Origin: a virus
Lineage: Duplodnaviria; Caudoviricetes
Reading direction: 5' to 3' (one strand)
Length of the DNA stretch: 64,000 nucleotides
IMG/VR virus record: IMGVR_UViG_2593339134_000001
This document shows positions 28,907 to 37,616 of this stretch, one piece after another; positions within the stretch are counted from its first letter, which is position 1; each line of letters starts with the position of its first letter. The notes under the pieces were generated by a model that was given only the letters and a program-made list of their open reading frames with translations, had not been told where the DNA came from and ran no database searches. A program made the translations under genes and the position numbers.

Positions 28907-29689
28907 ATGAATCCTACCACAGCCTTCCAATTCCAAGAATCCCGCGAACTCCGCGTCATCATCGTTGACGGTGAACCCTGGTTCGTCGCCAACGACGTTT
29001 GTGCTGTGCTGGAGCATGGCAACCCACGCCAAGTTATCAGCCGCCTGGATGACGATGAAAAGGGGGTCCACAATGTGGACACCCCTGGCGGCCCCCAGGA
29101 AATGACCCTCATCAACGAATCCGGCCTCTACTCCCTGATCCTCACCAGCCGCAAGCCCGAGGCCAAGAAGTTCAAGAAGTGGGTGACTGCGGAAGTCCTC
29201 CCGGCCATCCGCAAGACCGGGCGCTATGTCCACCCCGAAGCGGCCCAGCCCGCCCCCGCGCCCCTGGGCGAGATCGCGCAATGGGTGGTGGGCGAATACA
29301 CCCGCAGCCTGGGGCGCTACCTCAACCGCTCCAACCAGCAGATCAGCCCCCGCATCCACACCCACCTCCGGGCCAAGTTCGGCGTCGGCAACGTCCGCGA
29401 CATCCCCGCCGACCGCCTCGACGAATTGCTGAACCTGCTGGAAGCCTTCCACGGACAGGCCTACCGCCTGTGGTGGACCTGCCTCAACCTGGAATTGGCC
29501 CTGCTGCAAACCCTGCACGTCCCGGTCCACGAGACACGGCGGGAGCTGCCCGCCGCCATCCTGCAAGCCATGGCCGCCGTGGCCGAACCCAAGCTGGGCG
29601 AAGGCAGCGCCGCGCTCGCCATCCGCGACAAGGCCTTCCACCAACTGGCGGCGCGCATCCCGCGCCAGGAATCCCTCCCGCTCCACTGA
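28907..29689 (+). CDS. BRO-N antirepressor, copy B
   Basis: Same motifs as copy A; C-terminal ~200 aa identical. Confidence 0.9.
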   Translation: MNPTTAFQFQESRELRVIIVDGEPWFVANDVCAVLEHGNPRQVISRLDDDEKGVHNVDTPGGPQEMTLINESGLYSLILTSRKPEAKKFKKWVTAEVLPAIRKTGRYVHPEAAQPAPAPLGEIAQWVVGEYTRSLGRYLNRSNQQISPRIHTHLRAKFGVGNVRDIPADRLDELLNLLEAFHGQAYRLWWTCLNLELALLQTLHVPVHETRRELPAAILQAMAAVAEPKLGEGSAALAIRDKAFHQLAARIPRQESLPLH

Positions 29690-29717
29690 GGAACCCCCGC
29701 CGCAAGGACGCGGCCCC
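29079..29717 (+). repeat. 639-bp near-identical inverted repeat, copy B
   Basis: Reverse complement of 19015-19653. Confidence 0.92.
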
Positions 29718-29735
29718 TTGCCCAGGCCGCCCACA

Positions 29736-30461
29736 TCAGAGTCCCGCCCCCGGCTTGGGCCCGCCAGAATCGCTGCTTCCAATCTGGACACCCTCGTGCT
29801 TGTGGTGGCGAAGGCCGATCTCGGCTCCACCATCAACGCCCCCGAGGACGACATCCCCATCCACCACCAGCGTCTTCGTGATATGCACATCGGCGGCGAT
29901 GGTCAGGGCGTTGGATAGCGTCATCGTGGCCGTGCCGTCCGGATTCACCACAAGGTCGAAGGCGGGCGTCTGGATGCGGAAGTAGGTCGGCGTGCCGGAG
30001 GCCGGGACATGCCAATTCTTGTCGAAACCCTGGCCCTGGAACTCCCGGAACTCGGTGGACGCGCCCACCAGCACCTTGATCCCCGCCGGGTGTTGCCACT
30101 GGTAGTTCCCGGCGGCATCCACGGCGCTGAACACGCCCGAGGCGTGGCGCTGGATGCGCAGGTTCTTTTCCTTGAACGCCATCTGCGAAACCGGCGGGAA
30201 CCGGAAGCCCAGGCAATGGGGCATCCCGTGTTGGTCGGTGGCGATGAGCGCCACCCGCTCCCGCTGGCCGAGCGGGGCCGTGGCCGGGTCTTGGCCGTGG
30301 CCCAAGACCGGGGCGGGCAGATCGATGGTGCCGCCGTCGGACGCGGCGTCCAGGCTGTAGACCGGCACCCCGACCAGGCGGCGGCCATCGCGCAGCGACA
30401 CGCAGTCGATGGACGGGCCTTCGGGGTGGACGGCGATGACGCGGGCGTGTTCGAGCTTCAT
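29736..30461 (-). CDS. Baseplate spike (gpV/gp45-like)
   Basis: OB-like N-terminus, beta-helix strands, C-terminal HKH..VQ.G...SGGP. Confidence 0.8.
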   Translation of the reverse strand: MKLEHARVIAVHPEGPSIDCVSLRDGRRLVGVPVYSLDAASDGGTIDLPAPVLGHGQDPATAPLGQRERVALIATDQHGMPHCLGFRFPPVSQMAFKEKNLRIQRHASGVFSAVDAAGNYQWQHPAGIKVLVGASTEFREFQGQGFDKNWHVPASGTPTYFRIQTPAFDLVVNPDGTATMTLSNALTIAADVHITKTLVVDGDVVLGGVDGGAEIGLRHHKHEGVQIGSSDSGGPKPGAGL

Positions 30462-31858
30462 GCGGCGGCGCGGACGAACAGGAGGGGAATCGACTTTATC
30501 ATCTTGGGCCTCCCGGAATGGTCGAGCACCTTATCCTTGAATTCGGCAAAAGGCATCGTGGTCACGGGGCCGAGGAAGCGCGGATCGTCGTAGTGGCCCA
30601 GATAGGCGGCGACGGCGCTTTCCTTGTCGGGAAAGCCGATCATGCACTTATCCTCGTCCCAGTCCTTCCAATTCCCGGCCTTGCGCTGGTGGACGATATA
30701 GACGCTCTCGGCGTCCTCGTCCGGGCCGACGTAGACATCGACAGGGTCGCCGTCCGGGGCCACGCCGAGGCTTCCCCGGATATATCCATAATCGTGTTTC
30801 ATCTTGATCGACCACGCGTGGCCGTCCGGGTCCGTGCCGGAGCGGGTGGAACCGGCGGGATTCTCGATGCTGATGTCTAGACCACGGAAGCGGCGATGCC
30901 CTTTTTTGTAATTCCCGGCCTGGATTTGGGCTGCGGTGGGTTGGGCCTTGTGCAGGCTCATGTATTCCAAAATGGCCTTTGGCATGGGTTCGCCGTTGGC
31001 GTCCACGCCGCCTGAAAGCTTTGGCACATGCTTTAGGTTAACCCCATTGAATACGGACAAAAGGCGATGTATAGTTACGGTAGACCCGGAATGAGAGGGA
31101 TGTACGACTTCGGCTGGATTAGCTGAAGTATCGAGTCCCGGTCCTACCGGGTCTTCCACCTTGCTTTTCAGCACAGCCACATCATAAAGCTTCAATCTAG
31201 CCATTTCTGGCGGTCCAGCTAACGATTCCCGCACCGTCAGCTTCACAGCATAAAGGTTCCCATTAACCTTTAATGGTGCCACGAAAGTATGGAATGCCTC
31301 CGTATCAGATACCCGTCTAGCATCTGGCGGATTCTTATCCAGCCAAACGGCGCGACGAACCAAGTGAGCCAATTTTTCCACCACTTGGGCATCCATTGGC
31401 GCTTTGATCCCAGAAAAAGATTCTCCCTTGCCCTCCGCAGTAAATCGGATTTTCCGATTCATGTCCAAGTTTAGAATCTCGTGGCCCTGCAAACGTTCGG
31501 CATATACGCGCCGGGCCATATTTTGCAATATCTTTAAATCGCCCTGCCACCCAGGTATAGACAAAGAAGTAATATAAGCTGATTTTACCGGAATTTCCCA
31601 ATCCCCGAACCAAACCTTGAACTCGGGCGTCCGAACGAGATTCCACTGCGACTCATTCAAATTCGACGGCTTGCCATTCGGGGCCAACCGCGCGTGGGGC
31701 GGCGGATGACCGAAACCGCCCCTATCGTTGCGCTCGTGCGACGACCAATAGCCGCCATTATTGCGGTAATACCCGCGCACATGGGTTTTGAGGAATAAAA
31801 CGGGTATCACCATCGATTTCCGCAGGGGTAGGGATCGGTCGGGGAAAGGCATCTTCAT
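30458..31858 (-). CDS. Polyvalent protein: LPD3-like domain plus phage inorganic pyrophosphatase-like domain
   Basis: APNGKPSNL...VRTPEFK.WFGDW; FVAPLKVNGNLYAVKLTVRE; PTAAQ..AGNYKKGH, ISIENP.GS.RSG, YGYI, DGDPVDVY, DEDKCMIGF. Confidence 0.8.
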   Translation of the reverse strand: MKMPFPDRSLPLRKSMVIPVLFLKTHVRGYYRNNGGYWSSHERNDRGGFGHPPPHARLAPNGKPSNLNESQWNLVRTPEFKVWFGDWEIPVKSAYITSLSIPGWQGDLKILQNMARRVYAERLQGHEILNLDMNRKIRFTAEGKGESFSGIKAPMDAQVVEKLAHLVRRAVWLDKNPPDARRVSDTEAFHTFVAPLKVNGNLYAVKLTVRESLAGPPEMARLKLYDVAVLKSKVEDPVGPGLDTSANPAEVVHPSHSGSTVTIHRLLSVFNGVNLKHVPKLSGGVDANGEPMPKAILEYMSLHKAQPTAAQIQAGNYKKGHRRFRGLDISIENPAGSTRSGTDPDGHAWSIKMKHDYGYIRGSLGVAPDGDPVDVYVGPDEDAESVYIVHQRKAGNWKDWDEDKCMIGFPDKESAVAAYLGHYDDPRFLGPVTTMPFAEFKDKVLDHSGRPKMIKSIPLLFVRAAA

Positions 31859-31870
31859 GGCCTGGATTCC

Positions 31871-33022
31871 TTATTTCCGTTTCAACAGGTTATCGAGATA
31901 GGCCGCGAACTGTGGATCGTCGTTGGGCTTGGCGTCCGGCAACTTGAGCCAAGTGCCGCGGCAATGGGGGTGCATGACGCCAGAAGCAAGCCACCAAAGC
32001 TCGTCCGGTTCTCGCGCTATCAGCACACCACCCACCCGCTTGCGGGGCGAGGCCGAGCGCCCGATGTTGGTTTTTCCGGCCCATATCATGGTCTCGCCGT
32101 CCAGCGGAACGGTATCGGGCGATACCACCTTCATGATCCGACCATCCACGCGGCGGCAGGCGCTACAAGCCCCCCGGTACATCTCCACCCGTTTGAGCCG
32201 GGCACTGGGCGGGAATCCCGCAACCATGCCCTGGTTCTGCATCTCCGCCGTTTCGGTCACGGCGATCCGCCGCCAATCGCGGTTCCACCGCCCGAATTGG
32301 TCCAGCAGTTCTCCCCGCAGGTCGTCCGCCTTGTTGCCCAGGCTGACCGCCTCCTGGTGCCCGACCAGCGTTTTGCGGATGGCGCTCCGCATGTTGTTGG
32401 TCAACTGGACGATGTTTTCCGCCGCCCTGGCCCGGCCATAGTCCAGCACGGCCCGCTGGACCTTCGTGGCTTCCAACTGTCGGGCCTGCCGCACCGCGTC
32501 GGCATCGAGGAGACGTTGCGCTTGCCGTTCGGTGATGTTCGCCATATTGGCCTGGACCCGCCCCATGAGCGTGGCCCGCGTCGCCAGCCAGTCGGCCTCG
32601 GCCACGAGTTGATCGTGCGGGAGGTAGCGCTGAAAGAGGTAATCCACCACCAGCATCCAGTCATCTAGGGCGAAGCGCTGGGGTGGGAGGGTTTCGAGGT
32701 AAAGCTTGGCGATGGATAGTTCGGCCCGGCTCCAGCGCCCCATCAGGCCGGGCCGTTCGACCGGGGCGCGGGTACCAGGCCGGTGCGGCTCGAACTTGAG
32801 CCAGCGGTCGAGTTCGGCCTGTAGCCCGGCGATTTGCATCAGGCCGCGCCGGGTGAAGCGCTCGATGAGATCGCGCAGGAACGGCGAGTGGTGCGGCTCC
32901 CAGATGTCGCCGCCGGGCGGTTCATCGGAGATAGCCTTGTAGATGTGTTCAAGCGCCGCGTCGGTTTGCGCGGGCGTGAGTGTGGAAATGTCGAGAAGCG
33001 TGGCGGTGTCGGGGTCGATCAT
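31871..33022 (-). CDS. MuF/SPP1 gp7-like minor head protein
   Basis: RIAVTET, ACSAC, HPHCRG; in the portal cluster. Confidence 0.75.
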   Translation of the reverse strand: MIDPDTATLLDISTLTPAQTDAALEHIYKAISDEPPGGDIWEPHHSPFLRDLIERFTRRGLMQIAGLQAELDRWLKFEPHRPGTRAPVERPGLMGRWSRAELSIAKLYLETLPPQRFALDDWMLVVDYLFQRYLPHDQLVAEADWLATRATLMGRVQANMANITERQAQRLLDADAVRQARQLEATKVQRAVLDYGRARAAENIVQLTNNMRSAIRKTLVGHQEAVSLGNKADDLRGELLDQFGRWNRDWRRIAVTETAEMQNQGMVAGFPPSARLKRVEMYRGACSACRRVDGRIMKVVSPDTVPLDGETMIWAGKTNIGRSASPRKRVGGVLIAREPDELWWLASGVMHPHCRGTWLKLPDAKPNDDPQFAAYLDNLLKRK

Positions 33023-33028
33023 GGCCCA

Positions 33029-33045
33029 AGGGTACGGTCACGACC
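33029..33045 (-). promoter_or_regulatory. Putative late promoter, copy 7 (likely leaderless)
   Basis: GGTCGTGAC-cgt-AcccT-N6-ATG(33022). Confidence 0.75.
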
Positions 33046-33060
33046 TAAGCACCAGGATTT

Positions 33061-33258
33061 CTAATCGCGCTCTGCGTCGATTTTTTCCATCATCTTCCTA
33101 ACTTCCGGTCCATCGATAATATACCCCCAGCTAATCGGTTTTTCCTTCCCGGCATCCGCATAGGGAATCCAACCTTTCCCGCCACCCACATAAACCTCAG
33201 TGGGGTTGCTACGGGATGGACCACGGAATAATGCACCTTCGTTTTCTATGAAAACCAT
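33061..33258 (-). CDS. Small protein, candidate antitoxin/immunity
   Basis: Overlaps the 3' end of the RelA/SpoT-like gene; same lower-GC tract. Confidence 0.5.
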   Translation of the reverse strand: MVFIENEGALFRGPSRSNPTEVYVGGGKGWIPYADAGKEKPISWGYIIDGPEVRKMMEKIDAERD

Positions 33259-34640
33259 TTTCGTTTGCCTTTTTTCAGAATACACAACAACATTATAGAC
33301 TTTTGAAGGTTTTGCTTCAAACCTTTCGCCCTATCCCAGGCTTCCGCATATAGCCTCTTTGATTCGCTTTGAGCATGTCTATACCTAGACTTATCCTCTT
33401 CATGCCAATGATCTTCTAGCCCAGTATCCGTCCCATACTTGGCGTGAATATCGCGAATCACATTATAATGTTCATGTCCTGCGCTTTTCGCCGCCAATAT
33501 ATGTGACAGATGCAGCTGGATTTCCGCCAACATATCCGAACCTGGAACTTTTACGATCAACAGGGCGTCCCGATAACCTTCCGGCGTTGGATGCTGGAAT
33601 CTATCCTTCGGGGCTTTGGCTAATTGGATGCCTGAGGCTTTCAAGCCTTCCACAACCTTATGAAGTTCTTCCACCGTGTCACATTTGATTGAAGCCCTAA
33701 GAACATCGCGGAGTTTTTTCCACTTCCCGGCGTAATCGGCTCGGACCTTTTGCCTAGCCCGCTCCTTACCCTTTAATGGAGCAACCACTATCGCTGGCCC
33801 TTTAGCGCCCAATGCCTCCTCGACGCTTCCAGAAACTTTGCCCCCTATAATTTCCGCCACGTTTGCCAATGCCTTTTTGAATTTTGGAAGAGCTTTTTCT
33901 GCCGAGGCATACAACTCGTTTTCGGTGTTATGTGGTTGGAATGCGTCTTCCGGTAAATCACTCACATCCCCGAACAGCGACTTATCTCTGCCCCCATTAC
34001 CGGGATCAGCGGGGGGCTTCGATCCGCCACCACCACCATTCCCGGCCTTAAACCCTTTAACATCGTGCCACTCGACCTTGTGAATGCCTCCGCGCTCGTC
34101 GTGGACCGTGGCGCCCTGTTCACCCACCGAATGCACCCGCCCCGACATGCCGCCATCGCCAAAATGCAGGGTATCGCCGGGCTCGATGTTGTGCGTGCCG
34201 TAGCCGAGTTTGGACCCGCGAGGCGGCTCAAGCTTTTTCTGCCGCTTGTCGTCGTACTCGTGGACATAGGTGCCATCGCCACGGATATAGCCCTTGACGT
34301 GGGATTTCAGGAACAGGATCGGGATAGCCTTCATCATCGCCTTTCCCCCATTGTCGCCGCCCTCTTTCTCGGCATGCCGCACGAACACCCGCCGCCCGCG
34401 CTTATCCTCGGCCAGGAAACCATCCTCACCCCGGTCCACCACCTTGAGGGCGTGTTCGGCCCGTTTGCGGTGGCCCTGGACATCCTCCCACGGCACCCGG
34501 CGCTTGCCCTTGGCGTGGTGGACTACACAGCCAGCGGTCCCGGCGGACAACACCTTGCCGGGCATGACGCCATGTTCGGGGTGGCGGAAGTAGAGTTCGT
34601 CGCCGGGGAGGGCTGTGGGGGTGGATTGCGCTGTCTTCAT
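33246..34640 (-). CDS. Head-operon protein with C-terminal RelA/SpoT-like (small alarmone synthetase fold) domain
   Basis: LKGKERARQK, RDVLRASI, EGYRD, AEIQLH, GHEHY in canonical order. Confidence 0.75.
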   Translation of the reverse strand: MKTAQSTPTALPGDELYFRHPEHGVMPGKVLSAGTAGCVVHHAKGKRRVPWEDVQGHRKRAEHALKVVDRGEDGFLAEDKRGRRVFVRHAEKEGGDNGGKAMMKAIPILFLKSHVKGYIRGDGTYVHEYDDKRQKKLEPPRGSKLGYGTHNIEPGDTLHFGDGGMSGRVHSVGEQGATVHDERGGIHKVEWHDVKGFKAGNGGGGGSKPPADPGNGGRDKSLFGDVSDLPEDAFQPHNTENELYASAEKALPKFKKALANVAEIIGGKVSGSVEEALGAKGPAIVVAPLKGKERARQKVRADYAGKWKKLRDVLRASIKCDTVEELHKVVEGLKASGIQLAKAPKDRFQHPTPEGYRDALLIVKVPGSDMLAEIQLHLSHILAAKSAGHEHYNVIRDIHAKYGTDTGLEDHWHEEDKSRYRHAQSESKRLYAEAWDRAKGLKQNLQKSIMLLCILKKGKRKWFS

Positions 34641-36460
34641 ACTTCGATCCGATAAACCGTCATGCCAAAACTCTTGCCCATGGGTTCGCCCGACGGTTGT
34701 TGGGCACCACCCTTTTTGCCAGCAAATCCGGGCTTTCCGGCGGAATTCCCACCCGGTTGCCCCCCTCCCTCATCCTCCCCTTGATCGCCCGCCACGGGCC
34801 GCCTGGGCGGCTGTTTGCCACCGTCCGCACCACCGTCCGCGCCCTCGTCCGGCTCGCCCTCCCCATCCTCATCGAACCCTTCCCCGAAGTCCTGGGAGTC
34901 CTGCTGCTGCCGGGCCTGCTGCATCTGCACATACAGCCCCATCAAATTGGGATTCACCGGGGCCGCGCCCATCGTCGGGTCGGGGTGCTTATCCTGACCG
35001 TCCTGGGCCCGCATCTCGTCCACGGTCAGGTAGAGCTTCTGCCGCTCCTGCTTGGCCTGCCGATCCTCCTCGTCCAGGCCGGTCCAGCGGAACACATACT
35101 TCTCATCGAAGGTCGGCAGGATGAAATCGGAAAAGGTGTCCTCGTAGAACCGCAGGAGCGGGATCAGCCCTTTGTCCCGGCTGTTGGCCAGTTTTTCCCC
35201 GGTATCGTTGCCGTTGCCGATACCACCATTGCGGGAGCTGAACGACTCGAAGTTGATTTCGTCCGGCGACATGCCGAAGATCGCGCACGAGATGGCCGTG
35301 AGGAAGGTCATCCATTTCGAGAAGTACATCTCGTTGAAATCGGCATTCAGCGGCGTATAGGTCGCGCCGGATTCCTTATCCTTGGCGGCCAGCACTGGCA
35401 GGGTCCATTTCTGGTTGATCCCCTTGACCATGGCGTTCCAATAGGTTTTGAACGCCAGCATGTCCTGCTTATCGAAATCCCCGTAGATTTGCAGCAATCC
35501 CTTCGGAATCGCGTTGTCCGTGAACCCGGTGATATTGAGGTTCATCGCGTTCAAGAACCCCGTCACCACCCGGATCAACAAATCCACCTCCGACAGGCCG
35601 TAGCCACCCGAGGCCACGTTCGATACCGGGTTCCGGCACTGGTAGATCAAATCATCATGGGTGTAGGCGCAGCGGATGCGGGATTGGATGACTTGGAGGG
35701 CGAAGATTTCGTCGTGGCCTTGGTAGCCCGCCTCCGTGCAGAGCCGGATCGTGGCCCCGTCGATGGCATAGAACCCATCCATCCCCAGGCGGGCATCGCG
35801 CTTCATTTCGGTTTCGATGGGCGCGGAATCCAGGGTCAGGCTATCCCGGACGCTCACCGCCATGAAGTCGCCCAGCGACGTGCGGCCCATGCGCTGGCGG
35901 GCGCGGGGATCGAATTCCCAGCCACAATTCGCCATGAACCGGGATAGGAGTCCGATGCCCTGCTTTTCGGGGCCGGTGAGCTTGTGGTCCTTGTCGCGGT
36001 GGCGGATGGCGAAACCCGGCCCCTCCCCGCTGTCGTTCTGGCGGGCGAAGCGGCGGACGTGGTTCAACCGGGTTTGGATGATGAGGCTGATCGGGGGCTG
36101 GGCAGCCATGGCCCGCAGGGTGTCGAAGCCGAGTTGCGAGGGCCGGTCGTAATACTCGCCCTGGATGCCGATTTGCCAGTCGTCGAGGCGGACGGACTTC
36201 ATCCGCACGCCCTGGGCGTTCTCGCTCGGGAACGGCACGCGGACGGGGGCGGCGGCTTTCAGCAATTCTTGCCGGACCGCCTGTTCGCGCAGGTAATCCA
36301 CCAGGATTTGCATGCTGTCGGGGCTGGAAAGCCCTTTGGCGAGGTCGCCGGCGGTGGGCGCGTAGGTTCGATGGAGTTCGCCGAGGGCGTCACGTCGCTC
36401 GCCGGGCGGGGCGCGGTCGTCGAAGGCTACGGATTGGGGGGGGTCGGGTGGGCGCGTCAT
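34637..36460 (-). CDS. Portal protein
   Basis: RDSLTLD, AIDGATI, RNP......GYGLSEV, PKGLLQI, FGMSPDEINF, GLIPLLRF.ED, LTVDEMRA. Confidence 0.9.
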   Translation of the reverse strand: MTRPPDPPQSVAFDDRAPPGERRDALGELHRTYAPTAGDLAKGLSSPDSMQILVDYLREQAVRQELLKAAAPVRVPFPSENAQGVRMKSVRLDDWQIGIQGEYYDRPSQLGFDTLRAMAAQPPISLIIQTRLNHVRRFARQNDSGEGPGFAIRHRDKDHKLTGPEKQGIGLLSRFMANCGWEFDPRARQRMGRTSLGDFMAVSVRDSLTLDSAPIETEMKRDARLGMDGFYAIDGATIRLCTEAGYQGHDEIFALQVIQSRIRCAYTHDDLIYQCRNPVSNVASGGYGLSEVDLLIRVVTGFLNAMNLNITGFTDNAIPKGLLQIYGDFDKQDMLAFKTYWNAMVKGINQKWTLPVLAAKDKESGATYTPLNADFNEMYFSKWMTFLTAISCAIFGMSPDEINFESFSSRNGGIGNGNDTGEKLANSRDKGLIPLLRFYEDTFSDFILPTFDEKYVFRWTGLDEEDRQAKQERQKLYLTVDEMRAQDGQDKHPDPTMGAAPVNPNLMGLYVQMQQARQQQDSQDFGEGFDEDGEGEPDEGADGGADGGKQPPRRPVAGDQGEDEGGGQPGGNSAGKPGFAGKKGGAQQPSGEPMGKSFGMTVYRIEV

Positions 36461-36466
36461 GCGCCC

Positions 36467-36483
36467 AGTGTCATGTCACGACC
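36467..36483 (-). promoter_or_regulatory. Putative late promoter, copy 8 (likely leaderless)
   Basis: GGTCGTGAC-atg-AcacT-N6-ATG(36460). Confidence 0.75.
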
Positions 36484-36806
36484 TGGCGGGCGGGGCCGCG
36501 TCCTTGCGGTGGGAATCCCTCAGTGGAACAACCGCTCCTGGACATCGGCTCTCGGATGCTTCTACGGTCTACCGGGGGTCGTCGCGCATCCGTGCGCTCC
36601 TTCTCGGATAAAAATAAACAAAAGGGCGCGGAATGCGCCCTGGGTTTTGTCCCTGGGTTATGGCACGGCCAAGCCCTTGAATTATCTGGCTTGCCCGGTT
36701 GTGCCAAAATTCCTGAGTTTTGACATGAATCATTTTTTATGTAACGTCTAGTTAGACTGGGGTCGAACTATTAATTCAAATTGCACTTCTATACAATTTA
36801 CTACGA

Positions 36807-37616
36807 TTAGTTATCGGTATTATGTTCTTCATTGAAGATGGCTTTTTTATTTTTGTTATCTAAATCTGAGATCGTTTTTTGATTGTGCAAATAACGTTTT
36901 AAAAGCTTAATAAAAAAGTCATCGCCAAACATTCGGTCAAATTCTGTGAAATTCGCCATTCGATTGAGGATAAATTTTGCTTCCGCTTCGGATGTTGATT
37001 TATATAACCTTGCTAGGTCTTTGCGGATTTGAAACTTAACTTCAAAATTAATTTTGTTTGTATAAGATGAAAGCGTATAGTCGAAATCATGGTCTCTATA
37101 TGATAATGAATTAGCTTCATTGTCAATCGGCACTATGATAGCATCTACCCAGTCACTACCATCCAATAAAATACTATAAGGGTCATTTGTCTTCAATTGA
37201 TGGCTTTGCGTTAAAGATAAAGGTTCTGATAATAAAGGTCTAGCTGCAATTTTAATAAATTCTCCAATATAATTATTTTTTATATTAAACTCGCTAAACT
37301 TATTTGAATTCGTCCTTGAACACATGGCAGATAGCCCAAAAAAATATAAGTCAACTTGGCTGATTTTTGGATTTGGAAGAAAAAAGCTTTGAACTATTTC
37401 AACACGCATCCCATAAGATTTATAGCATTTATTATCAAAACCACATACTGCATTATCAATACTTGTGTACCCAACAACCTTTCCAATGAAAATATACTCT
37501 TCTGGATCAACTTCTTTATGACTTCTGAGTTCGCCTATTTTACATCCATACGCAAGGCAAGGGAGCATTGCCATTATGGATAATAAAGTTATTATTAACT
37601 TAACCATATTTATCAA
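36807..37616 (-). CDS. AT-rich secreted/periplasmic protein (moron)
   Basis: Signal peptide ending AYG-C; several Cys; far lower GC than flanks. Confidence 0.65.
   Translation of the reverse strand: MINMVKLIITLLSIMAMLPCLAYGCKIGELRSHKEVDPEEYIFIGKVVGYTSIDNAVCGFDNKCYKSYGMRVEIVQSFFLPNPKISQVDLYFFGLSAMCSRTNSNKFSEFNIKNNYIGEFIKIAARPLLSEPLSLTQSHQLKTNDPYSILLDGSDWVDAIIVPIDNEANSLSYRDHDFDYTLSSYTNKINFEVKFQIRKDLARLYKSTSEAEAKFILNRMANFTEFDRMFGDDFFIKLLKRYLHNQKTISDLDNKNKKAIFNEEHNTDN

Noticed and set aside
19015-29717. Diversity-generating retroelement template/variable repeat pair
   Set aside because: No reverse transcriptase and no adenine-specific mismatch pattern
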